Of a stretch of 51,509 bases of DNA, positions 9,670 to 19,280 are shown piece by piece. Under the pieces are notes generated by a model. The model made no database searches. It saw nothing but the letters and a program-made list of their open reading frames with translations, and was not told the DNA's origin. Within the stretch, counting starts at the first letter, position 1, and each line of letters starts with the position of its first letter. The position numbers and the translations under genes are program-made. Where the stretch lies: the NCBI GenBank assembly GCA_039815185.1, contig JBCBZT010000053.1:1-51509 (forward strand). The letters are read 5' to 3'. Source of the DNA: Cyanobacteria bacterium P01_A01_bin.123 (GTDB lineage: Bacteria; Cyanobacteriota; Cyanobacteriia; Phormidesmidales; Phormidesmidaceae).

Positions 9670-12600
9670 ATGGTAAACACTACCCGTACTCCCTCACCCC
9701 TGCCCACCATCACTGGCTACAGCATTGTTGAGCAACTCTATGCGGGTTCTAGAACAGCCGTTTATCGAGCTATCCAAGCTGCTGATCAACGTCCCGTGGT
9801 GATTAAGATTTTGCAGCGTGAGTATCCGAGCTTCAATGAACTGGTGCAGTTTCGCAATCAATACACCATTGCCAAGAATCTGAACAGTCCAGGCATTGTG
9901 CGTCCTTTGAGCCTAGGGCCCTGGCAAAACAGCCATGCTCTGGTGATGGAAGACTTTGGTGGTATTTCCTTAGGACAGTATGCCAAAACCCATTCACTGT
10001 CTTTGGTAGAGACGTTGGCGATCGCCCTTCAAATAGCGGCTATTTTGCATGATCTGTACCAAAATAGGGTCATTCACAAAGACATCAAACCGGGCAACAT
10101 TCTAATTCATCCTGAATCCAAACAGGTCAAACTGATTGATTTCAGCATTGCTTCGTTACTGCCTAAAGAAACCCAAGAAGTTCAGAATCCTAATATCTTA
10201 GAAGGCACTCTGGCCTATTTAGCGCCTGAACAGAGTGGACGAATGAATCGTGGGATTGATTACCGAGCAGATTTCTATGGTTTGGGTGTAACCCTCTATA
10301 AACTGTTGACTGGAGAGTTGCCATTCCAGTCTGAAGATCCCTTAGAACTGGTGCATTGTCACATGGCTAAGTCTCCGCTGCCACCGCATCAGATCAATGA
10401 GACTATCCCGACAATGGTGTCGGATATTGTGCTCAAACTAATGGCGAAGAATGCAGAAGATCGCTATCAGAGTGCTCTGGGACTGAAATACGATTTAGAA
10501 CACTGTTTAACTCAGTGGAAAGTAACAGGGAAAATCTCGGAATTCGAATTGGGGCAGCGAGATTTAAGCGATCGCTTCTTGATTCCCGAAAAACTTTATG
10601 GCCGAGCGCAGGAAGTTCAGACCTTATTGAATGCCTTTGAGCGCGTGGCCACAGGCAACTCAGAAATGATGCTGGTCGCAGGTTTCTCCGGCATCGGTAA
10701 GACGGCTGTCATCAATGAAGTCCACAAACCGATTACCCGACAGCAGGGCTACTTTATTAAAGGCAAGTTCGATCAATTCAACCGCAATCTACCGCTATCT
10801 GCCTTCATCCAAGCCCTGCGGGATTTGATGGGGCAATTACTTGCAGAGTCTGATCTGCAATTGAGCCAATGGCGTCACAAGCTGCTTGAAGCTGTTGGGG
10901 AGAATGGCCAAGTCCTGATTGATGTCATTCCAGAATTAGAGAAAATCATTGGCCCTCAACCGTCTGCATCAGAACTCTCTGGGACAGCAGCCCGGAATCA
11001 GTTTAACCTGCTGATTCAAAAGTTCATCGCTGTATTCACGACCACAGAACATCCGCTGGTGATGTTTTTGGACGATTTGCAGTGGGCCGATTCGGCTTCG
11101 ATTCAGTTGATTAAGCTATTGATGGATGATCAGGGACATTTGCTATTGCTAGGGGCTTACCGAGATAACGAAGTCTCCCCGATTCACCCCTTTATGTTGA
11201 TGGTAGAAGACCTACAAAAAGCAGATGCCACGGTTAGCACGATTAAGCTGACCTCACTCACCCTTGAAGATACTAATCAACTCGTTGCCAACACCTTAAA
11301 CTGTTCGACGCAGCAAGCCCGACCGCTGACAGATTTAGTCATGCGTAAAACCCAAGGCAATCCATTCTTCGCAACCCAGTTTCTCAAAGCACTGTATGAA
11401 AACAAGCAAATTACTTTTGATCACAACCAAGGTTATTGGGAATGTGATATTGCACAAATCAATGAACAATCGCTGACAGATGACGTTATCGTGCTCATGG
11501 CACAGCAGCTGCAGAAGTTGCCCACCAAAACGCAACAGATCATAAAGTTAGCGGCTTGTGTGGGTAATCAATTTGATTTAGCAACCCTGGCAATCATCTC
11601 TGAACAATCGTCCACTGATACAGCAGCAGCATTGTGGAGTGCTTTGCAAGAAGGCTTGGTCTTCCCGACTAATCAGATCTACAAGTTTTTTCAAGATGCG
11701 GAACACTCCAAGCCCGAAAAATCTGTTAATTCAACCTATCGTTTCTTACACGACCGCATTCAACAAGCGGCCTACTGTTTAATTCCAGAAGCACAAAAAC
11801 AAACAACCCATCTCAAAATTGGCCGCTTGCTCCTCAACAGCGTTTCAGCAGCGAATCTCGAAGACAAGATTTTCAACATTGTCAACCATTGGAACATGGG
11901 CGCGGCCTTGGTGAAGCTTGCGGCTGAACGGTGCCAACTTTGCCAACTCAACCTAACAGCAGCACGCAAGGCTAAGAGAGCAACTGCCTATGATATGGCA
12001 AATCAATATGCCGTAACGGGACTCAATCTAATGGCGTCGGATAGTTGGCAAGCTGATTACGATCTAATGCTAGCCAGCCATGAACTGGCGGCAGAGTCAG
12101 CTTATCTCAACGGTGATTTTGCCCAGTCGCAGCAGTGGGCCGAGATTTTGCTTGAGCAGGCACGAACCCTCTTAGATGAGGTTAAAGTCCATGAAATCAA
12201 TTTCTTCGCTTATGTGGCACAACAGAAATTATTAGATGCGATCACCATTGGGCTCCATATTTTGGAACGACTCGGAATCTCAATTCCAACCACGCCCACT
12301 GACACAGATATCCAGCAAGCCTTGGCAGACACGGCTACCTTGATCCCTCAAACGCAAATTCAGTCTTTATTGGATCTGCCACGGATGACAGATGCCCATG
12401 CTCTAGCTGCACTCCGAATCCTCAACAGCATGGCGGCTACAGTCTATTTTGCTCAACCAAAGCTGATGCCGCTAATCATTTCGGCCCAGATCAAATTATC
12501 CATCTTGCACGGCAATGCGCCGATGTCTGCCGCAGCCTATGTACGCTATGGTTTTATCCTTTGCGGCAAAATCAACGATATTGAATCGGGTTATGAGTTT

Positions 12601-15600
12601 GGTCGTCTAGCACTGAAATTATCAGAGCAGTTCTCTGACAAAGAAATCAGTACTCGAGTGCTGCTGATGGTCGGTGCGCTCACTTTGCCCTGGAAAATTC
12701 ACCTCAGAGAGGGAATTCCACTACTGCAAGCCGCTTATTCGGTTGGTCTGGAGTCGGGAAATTTAGATGGTGCCGCTTTAAGCCATTATTACGAAAGCCA
12801 ATCATCTTATCTTGTAGGTCAGGAGTTACATGATTTAGCTCATAAAGTATCAACCCATAGCCAACAAATTCGCCAGATCAACCAAGAACTACACTTCAAT
12901 AATAATGAATTATTACGACAGGTAATCGTAAATCTAACGAGCAGATCCAAAAAGCCCTATCAACTAATGGGAGAAGCATTTGATGAAACTAGAATGCTGC
13001 CTCAATATCGCGCTTCCAGCAATATTCTAGGATTATATTGTCTGTACTTACACAAGCTAATGCTTTGCTATTGGTTTGGAGATGAAGAGGCAGGTGTAGA
13101 ATATGCAACTCTAGCAACCAAGTATTTGGCAGGGAGTACAGCTCAAGCTACAGTACCACTTCTATACTTTTACGATTCCCTAGCGCGATTGACTCGATAT
13201 GTTACCGCTTCAAAATCAGAGCAGGAATCTGTATTAGCTCGAGTTACTGAAAATCAGGAAAAGCTTAAATATTGGGCGCAACATGCTCCCATGAATTTTC
13301 AGCACAAATACGACTTAGTTTTGGCAGAGAGACATCACTATCTTGGGCAAAAGGTAGATGCAATCGACTGGTACGATCGCGCTATTACTGGAGCTAAAGT
13401 TAACGGTTATATCCAAGAGGAAGCCCTTGCAAATGAATGTGCGGCCAAGTTTTACCTGGGTTGGGGTAAAGGAAAAATTGCTGCCTTTTATATACAAGAA
13501 GCCTATTACTGCTATGTCCAATGGGGAGCTAAAACTAAAGTTCAAGACTTAGAGCGCCGCTATCCCAGACTACTCGCGCCAATTTTGCAACAGCAGCAAA
13601 TCGCTTTATCTGCGACTGAAACGGTTTTTGCTACCTCAACTTTACTGCCCCAGCAGGCTCCTGATGACGATCAATCCTCCACTTCTGGCAGCAACAGTAT
13701 TTCTGCCACCCTCGACCTCGAAACGATCCTGAAAGCTTCCCAAGCCCTGTCTAGCGAAATTCAGCTCGACAAGCTTTTGGCCACCTTGCTACATACGGTG
13801 CTAGAAAACGCTGGGGCAGACAAGGGAGCTTTGCTCATGCCGCATAAACAGCAGTGGTTTGTGGAGGCCGTGGCCACTGTCAATCGGCCTACCCAGACAG
13901 TGGCCACGGCGTTATCCCAAAGCTCAGCAGTGCCCCAAGCTTTGATTAACACCGTCAGACGTAACCTAGAACCTGTGGTGATTGTGGATGCCACTACCCA
14001 CCCCACCCTGGCAAGCGATACTTATATCATCCAACAGCAGCCGAAGAGTCTGCTATGCACGCCTATTCTGCAGCAGGGTAAGCTCGTAGCCATTTTGTAT
14101 TTAGAAAACCAGTTCACCGTGGGTGCGTTTACTCGCGATCGCGTTGAACTGTTAAATTTTCTCTGTGCCCAGGCTGCTATTTCTCTAAAAAATTCCTTTC
14201 TTTATCAGGACTTGGAGAACTCGTTACAAGATGCTCAACAAAAGTCTCACGATTTAGCCGAGGTTATAGCATTATCAAATGGACAACAGCGCATTTTGGA
14301 GCTGATTGTTCAGGGCGTTCCCTTAAATACTATTTTGGAGGAGACTGCACGGCACATTGAAATCCAGACTCAGCATCCAGCCTATTGTTCTTTTTTGCAA
14401 CTGGATGCTGAGGGACAATTGCGTCATCTAGCTGCTCCTAGTTTGCCAGCCAATTACAATGCCCTAATTGATGGTCTTGCCATTGGTCCAGAAGTCGGAT
14501 CTTGTGGCACGGCTGCTTATTATAAAGCGTCTGTCACGGTTAACAATATTGCCACCGATCCCCTCTGGGCTAAATATCAAATTGCCTTAGATTATGGTTT
14601 GCGAGCTTGTGCCTCGACTCCGATTTTAGGAGCTGAAGGCCAAGTTTTGGCTACGCTGGCAATGTATCAGCCTGAAGCGGGTGAATTCACCCCCCGCGAT
14701 CGGAAACTCATGGAATCTGCGACTTATCTTGCGCGTATCGCGATCGAACGCCACCAAGCAGATATAGAACTCCGAAACCTTAATTTTCAGGTAATTCAGG
14801 CTGAAAAAATGGCCTCTCTCGGCAATCTCGTCGCAGGTGTTGCCCACGAAATTAACAACCCCATTGGATTTCTCAATGGCAGCATCAGCAATAGTAAGGA
14901 CTACGTGCGAGACTTATTAGAGTATATAGAACTCTATCAACAACACCATGCCAATGCCGCGGCCCCTGTTCAAGAAAAGGCTGAAGAGATTGATCTAGAA
15001 TTCCTCAGCGAAGATCTCCCAAAACTCCTAGACTCAATGCAAGGGGCTACTCATCGGATTAAGTCTATTAGCACTAGCTTGCGAACGTTTTCCCGTGCTG
15101 ACGCCGAACACACAGTTAAAGCTGACCTGCATGAAGGCTTAGATAGCACGCTGTTGATTCTCAAGTATCGCCTGAAAGCCAATGAAAATCGACCTGCCAT
15201 TGAAGTGGTTCAAGACTATGGTGAATTGCCCTCAATTGAGTGTTTTCCGGGACAGCTCAATCAAGTCTTCATGAATATTCTGGCCAATGCCATTGATGTC
15301 TTTGACGAGGCAGCGCAGCAAACATCCTTTGCTCAACTTAAAGACCAACCCCAGAAAATTACCATCACCACAGCTGTACTACCTGAACAAAACACCGTAG
15401 AAATTCGCATTCGTGATAACGGGATAGGGATGCCAGAAACGGTGAGCGCTAGAATTTTTGATCACCTGTTTACGACCAAAGGGGTGGGCAAAGGCACGGG
15501 CTTGGGCCTCGCGATCGCCCATCAAATTGTGACCGAGACCCATGGTGGCAGGTTAGATGTGCAGTCTGAGCTGTATCAAGGCACCGAATTCTCTATCCGC

Positions 15601-15618
15601 TTGCCAATCTCGGGTTGA
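9670..15618 (+). CDS. Trifunctional Ser/Thr kinase - AAA ATPase - GAF(x2) - histidine kinase (HstK-like)
   Basis: HKDIKPGN and YLAPEQSGRMNR kinase motifs, Walker A GFSGIGKT, FLDDLQWAD, two GAF domains, H-box AHEINNP, GKGTGLGL. Confidence 0.92.
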   Translation: MVNTTRTPSPLPTITGYSIVEQLYAGSRTAVYRAIQAADQRPVVIKILQREYPSFNELVQFRNQYTIAKNLNSPGIVRPLSLGPWQNSHALVMEDFGGISLGQYAKTHSLSLVETLAIALQIAAILHDLYQNRVIHKDIKPGNILIHPESKQVKLIDFSIASLLPKETQEVQNPNILEGTLAYLAPEQSGRMNRGIDYRADFYGLGVTLYKLLTGELPFQSEDPLELVHCHMAKSPLPPHQINETIPTMVSDIVLKLMAKNAEDRYQSALGLKYDLEHCLTQWKVTGKISEFELGQRDLSDRFLIPEKLYGRAQEVQTLLNAFERVATGNSEMMLVAGFSGIGKTAVINEVHKPITRQQGYFIKGKFDQFNRNLPLSAFIQALRDLMGQLLAESDLQLSQWRHKLLEAVGENGQVLIDVIPELEKIIGPQPSASELSGTAARNQFNLLIQKFIAVFTTTEHPLVMFLDDLQWADSASIQLIKLLMDDQGHLLLLGAYRDNEVSPIHPFMLMVEDLQKADATVSTIKLTSLTLEDTNQLVANTLNCSTQQARPLTDLVMRKTQGNPFFATQFLKALYENKQITFDHNQGYWECDIAQINEQSLTDDVIVLMAQQLQKLPTKTQQIIKLAACVGNQFDLATLAIISEQSSTDTAAALWSALQEGLVFPTNQIYKFFQDAEHSKPEKSVNSTYRFLHDRIQQAAYCLIPEAQKQTTHLKIGRLLLNSVSAANLEDKIFNIVNHWNMGAALVKLAAERCQLCQLNLTAARKAKRATAYDMANQYAVTGLNLMASDSWQADYDLMLASHELAAESAYLNGDFAQSQQWAEILLEQARTLLDEVKVHEINFFAYVAQQKLLDAITIGLHILERLGISIPTTPTDTDIQQALADTATLIPQTQIQSLLDLPRMTDAHALAALRILNSMAATVYFAQPKLMPLIISAQIKLSILHGNAPMSAAAYVRYGFILCGKINDIESGYEFGRLALKLSEQFSDKEISTRVLLMVGALTLPWKIHLREGIPLLQAAYSVGLESGNLDGAALSHYYESQSSYLVGQELHDLAHKVSTHSQQIRQINQELHFNNNELLRQVIVNLTSRSKKPYQLMGEAFDETRMLPQYRASSNILGLYCLYLHKLMLCYWFGDEEAGVEYATLATKYLAGSTAQATVPLLYFYDSLARLTRYVTASKSEQESVLARVTENQEKLKYWAQHAPMNFQHKYDLVLAERHHYLGQKVDAIDWYDRAITGAKVNGYIQEEALANECAAKFYLGWGKGKIAAFYIQEAYYCYVQWGAKTKVQDLERRYPRLLAPILQQQQIALSATETVFATSTLLPQQAPDDDQSSTSGSNSISATLDLETILKASQALSSEIQLDKLLATLLHTVLENAGADKGALLMPHKQQWFVEAVATVNRPTQTVATALSQSSAVPQALINTVRRNLEPVVIVDATTHPTLASDTYIIQQQPKSLLCTPILQQGKLVAILYLENQFTVGAFTRDRVELLNFLCAQAAISLKNSFLYQDLENSLQDAQQKSHDLAEVIALSNGQQRILELIVQGVPLNTILEETARHIEIQTQHPAYCSFLQLDAEGQLRHLAAPSLPANYNALIDGLAIGPEVGSCGTAAYYKASVTVNNIATDPLWAKYQIALDYGLRACASTPILGAEGQVLATLAMYQPEAGEFTPRDRKLMESATYLARIAIERHQADIELRNLNFQVIQAEKMASLGNLVAGVAHEINNPIGFLNGSISNSKDYVRDLLEYIELYQQHHANAAAPVQEKAEEIDLEFLSEDLPKLLDSMQGATHRIKSISTSLRTFSRADAEHTVKADLHEGLDSTLLILKYRLKANENRPAIEVVQDYGELPSIECFPGQLNQVFMNILANAIDVFDEAAQQTSFAQLKDQPQKITITTAVLPEQNTVEIRIRDNGIGMPETVSARIFDHLFTTKGVGKGTGLGLAIAHQIVTETHGGRLDVQSELYQGTEFSIRLPISG

Positions 15619-15970
15619 ACAGCTAGTTCTAAAGAACAGGTGGCAATCGATAGGTCAAAGTCCTGAAGGAACTTGAGTTTCTAGCCCACGGTTTTTAGCA
15701 GTAGCCACAAAGTTTTGGGCGCTACTGCGAGCCAGATTGCTTGTGTACTGAGCATCTCAGCGGTATTCAGTGCATTCAGCAATCTGGCCAGCGCTATACT
15801 TGCCGACGACAGGGGCAGATTCACCGGCTCAAATAACCTGTAGACCTGCCTCAACTAAAGGCTTACATAATTTGAAGCTTTGGTGAATTTGACTCATTTT
15901 GAGGGAAATCTCAATGTTAGCGCTGTAGATCAGGCTGAACTCTTGCATTTAATCCCTCTAGTGAAGTTTT

Positions 15971-16882
15971 ATGGCTATCAATAAAATCCGTCAGACTGCT
16001 GTCTTTGCTCTCCCTCTATTGATGCTGATGGGCGCGGCGATCGCACCGGCCCATAGCGAATCAACGCTGGAATCGACCAACAATAAGCTATTCACACTGG
16101 CCGCAGCACTACAGGCCAACACAGCTAAATCCCAAGTTTTAGAAGATGGAGCCAGCGCCCAAACGAAGCAGAATGCCACCAGCACTGCAACGATTTTAGG
16201 CCAGTCAGACACCCTCGGTAGTGGCGATGAAACCCTTGACGATGGAAGCTTCTTTGACGTTCACTACTTCACTGGACGGGCTGGACAAGACGTAACTATC
16301 TATTTGGAAAGCAACGAATTTGACACCTACTTGATGGTGTTTGGCCCCGATGGCGAAAAAATCGTCGAAGTCGATGACTTTGATGAAACCACTACTAATG
16401 CTGCTGCAAGCATCACCCTACCCACCAACGGTGACTATGCGGTAGTAGCCACATCCTACAGCCCTGGAGAAACAGGCAGCTACCAAGTTACTGTCAATAC
16501 CACGCTTGGAACCGGGGATTTGCAAGCCACACTGAGTTGGGACAGTCAAGACGATCTGGACTTGTTTGTGATGGATCCCAACGAAGAGGTTGTCACCTTC
16601 AGCACGCCTACCATTGAATCTGGTGGTCAACTGGATGTTGATGCGAATTCTCAGTGTCGCCAGTCTACCAATAGCCCAGTCGAAAACGTTTACTGGCCTC
16701 AGGGACAAGCACCGAGTGGCGAGTACCGCATTGGTGTAAGTCTGTACGATCGCTGTACAAACACTACCGAATCGATTCCCTTCACGCTAACGCTGCGGGT
16801 ACAGGGAAGTGTTGAAACCTTTACTGGTGTTGTGGATGAGAACAACGACTTGGTAGTCTATTCCACCGCAGTCTACCGATAG
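15971..16882 (+). CDS. Exported protein with PPC (pre-peptidase C-terminal) and YfaP/DUF2135-like domains
   Basis: Signal peptide ending APAHS. FTGRAGQDVTIYLESNEFDTYL is PPC-like. LSWDSQDDLDLFVMDP...GQLDVD...VENVYW is YfaP-like. Confidence 0.7.
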   Translation: MAINKIRQTAVFALPLLMLMGAAIAPAHSESTLESTNNKLFTLAAALQANTAKSQVLEDGASAQTKQNATSTATILGQSDTLGSGDETLDDGSFFDVHYFTGRAGQDVTIYLESNEFDTYLMVFGPDGEKIVEVDDFDETTTNAAASITLPTNGDYAVVATSYSPGETGSYQVTVNTTLGTGDLQATLSWDSQDDLDLFVMDPNEEVVTFSTPTIESGGQLDVDANSQCRQSTNSPVENVYWPQGQAPSGEYRIGVSLYDRCTNTTESIPFTLTLRVQGSVETFTGVVDENNDLVVYSTAVYR

Positions 16883-16935
16883 ATTGCGGTCACATAGTGG
16901 GGCAGGCTGCCCGTCACTGCCAGCTTAGTATGCCT

Positions 16936-16977
16936 CAGTAGTGCTGTAGTTTAATCACTATGGCGCTACTGTTGCTT
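16936..16977 (+). terminator. Terminator-like hairpin after the PPC/YfaP gene
   Basis: CAGTAGTGCTGTAGT-TTAATC-ACTATGGCGCTACTG forms 15 pairs including 3 G-U on the + strand, followed by TTGCTT. Confidence 0.5.
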
Positions 16978-17058
16978 CGGTATCCCTCACCCTATTCACA
17001 AAGAAGCTAAAAACGCTAGGATGCTTAGGTCTTCAATTGGAGTATACGCATCCACTCT

Positions 17059-17718
17059 ATGAGTACAGCAGTCGTCTCCCCAGCCCACGTGCTGGAACAA
17101 CTCAACTGGCGCTATGCCACCAAACAGTTCGACCCGACTCAAACAATTCCTGATGATGTTTGGCATGCTTTAGAGCAAAGTTTGGTGTTAACCCCCTCAT
17201 CCTTTGGGTTGCAACCCTGGAAGTTCTTTGTTGTTCGCAACCCTGATATTCGTCAAAAGTTAGTTGAACATTCTTGGGGCCAGCGACAGGTCGTCGACGC
17301 CTCCCATTTAGTTGTCTTGACCATTAAAAAAGACGTGGATGCTGCTTACGTTGACGAATACGTTCAGCGGATGGCCGACGTTCAAGGGATACCTGTTGAA
17401 AATCTCGAAAAATTTGGCAATGTGGTCAAGGGCTTCATGGATAACCCCCCCTATCCTTTAGACTTAAACGCTTGGTCAACCCGCCAGGTTTACATTGCGC
17501 TTGGTTTTTACATGTTTGCGGCAGCGGCCCTTGGCATTGATACCTGCCCGATGGAAGGGTTTGTGCCGTCTAAGTACGACGAAGTTCTGGGCTTGACAGA
17601 TAAAGGTTACGCTACCGTGGTGGTTTGCCCGGCAGGGTATCGTTCAGCAGATGATAAATCAGCCGCGCGGCCTAAAATCCGTTTTGAGACTGAGAAAATG
17701 GTTGAGTATGTAGATTAA
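17059..17718 (+). CDS. NAD(P)H-dependent nitroreductase (NfsB-like)
   Basis: WRYATKQFD, PSSFGLQPWKF, IDTCPMEGF, AGYR. Confidence 0.9.
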   Translation: MSTAVVSPAHVLEQLNWRYATKQFDPTQTIPDDVWHALEQSLVLTPSSFGLQPWKFFVVRNPDIRQKLVEHSWGQRQVVDASHLVVLTIKKDVDAAYVDEYVQRMADVQGIPVENLEKFGNVVKGFMDNPPYPLDLNAWSTRQVYIALGFYMFAAAALGIDTCPMEGFVPSKYDEVLGLTDKGYATVVVCPAGYRSADDKSAARPKIRFETEKMVEYVD

Positions 17719-17841
17719 TCAGTTCTACCGAGTGATACTCGCGCTTTTTGTGCTGCTGATTGTCCCGAATAAGTGTGATTTAGTGTTGCCATGACAGCAC
17801 ATCTGGGTTGATTTTTAAGGACGTCACAGCGGTTACGGAAA

Positions 17842-18789
17842 TTAGTTTTTGCCATTGAGCGTACCGTAACCAGTCCGGTCATGATTGTCAGCCAAATCAT
17901 CCGGGACAACGGCATCAAAATCGTTGAAATTGATAGAGCGTCGGCCATCCTTGGTCCACGACAAAATATCCATGAGTCTGTGATCCCATAAAATTTCATC
18001 AGACACAAAGGAATGGCGAGCATGGATGGTTTGAGACACAGTTTCATCAATGCCGGTGAGCGCCACTACAATTTCTGCATTTTCGTGGGCTAAAGACTCT
18101 GGGGTCTCACCATATAGAGGACTGTCGGGTTCAATTGGGTGCATTGCCGTCCAAGTGAGCGCAAACAACGGGGTGTGTGAGCGAATCAACCCCAAGTCAT
18201 GAAACCGCCGCAGATATTCTCCTTCCTGGGTGTATTCGTCGCGCACGAGGGTGACCCACAAGTTGGCCTCTAAAATACGATTGCGCCGTTTGTTGGCGGT
18301 GCGAAACATAAGCGTATCCACGCCGTTATGTTTGGCAATGACGGCGTAGTGACTAAATAAAATTCGGGCTGAGGGCAACGAGAAACGGGTAAAAATCAAG
18401 CCTGTGGCCATGGCGACAAACAACAACCCGGCAAAGGCTTCAATTACCACTAACAAGTTGGCATAGGGGGTAGTGGGATACATTGCTCCGTAGCCAATGG
18501 AAGCCATGGTCTGCACGCTAAAGAAAAAGGCATTGATCAGCGTTGTCCCATCCGAGTTGGCAATACTGTGTTCACCCCCCGCCCAATAGGCAATGGCAAA
18601 CAAAACATTGATCACCAGATAAATCATCCCTAACAGTGCTACAAACCCTGGCCAAGGAATGGTCAACAGCAAGTGATAAAGGTCACGCCATTGGGAATGG
18701 GGATCTCCCAGGCGAACCACAAGGGGAAATTCTCCATCTCTAACCACCAGACGGTTTGAGGGACGACGTGAAGACTTTTTGAGCACCAT
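17842..18789 (-). CDS. Inward-rectifier potassium channel (KirBac family)
   Basis: Two TM helices, pore FFFSVQTMASIGYG, cytoplasmic Kir domain (LMFRTANKRRN, WTAMHPIEPDSPL). Confidence 0.9.
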   Translation of the reverse strand: MVLKKSSRRPSNRLVVRDGEFPLVVRLGDPHSQWRDLYHLLLTIPWPGFVALLGMIYLVINVLFAIAYWAGGEHSIANSDGTTLINAFFFSVQTMASIGYGAMYPTTPYANLLVVIEAFAGLLFVAMATGLIFTRFSLPSARILFSHYAVIAKHNGVDTLMFRTANKRRNRILEANLWVTLVRDEYTQEGEYLRRFHDLGLIRSHTPLFALTWTAMHPIEPDSPLYGETPESLAHENAEIVVALTGIDETVSQTIHARHSFVSDEILWDHRLMDILSWTKDGRRSINFNDFDAVVPDDLADNHDRTGYGTLNGKN

Positions 18790-19280
18790 AGGTTGTAATT
18801 TCTCTCCGCAACGAGGTGCTTAGACACCCTTTACTTGTGCAAGCTATTTTGGGGCATTGAACGTCAAACTAAAACGTGTTGTCTTCCTCATTCAAAACTT
18901 GAGAAAAACAACAGACGTAGACCTGAATTAACTCAGGATTGGTTTAGCCAAGATTTGATATTCGTCATCAATTTTCTCCTATGACTTTGTTCCCATGATA
19001 GAGAAAATATTCGAGGCAAATTAATTGGTAGTCCCCTCAGGGTTTAGCACTTGGGTGGGAATATGGAGATACGACACAATCCTCAGCATGGCGGTCGCGG
19101 CACTTCTATTGGAAACAGAAGTGCTGGTTTTGAACCGATACGCGCGATCGCCCCTAAGGGTTAGCCTCCAACTATCGCTAGATTTTTATAACTTAAGTTA
19201 TTATCACCAAAGACTGCCAATATTTAGGACATTGACAGCAAGTGTAGAGTCTTCTGTATATGATCAGCTCGCAATAGCGC

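Noticed and set aside
18790..19280. c-di-AMP (ydaO) riboswitch before the K+ channel
   Set aside because: The GCUGAAUC, GGAACC and CAGCUAAC consensus blocks are absent.
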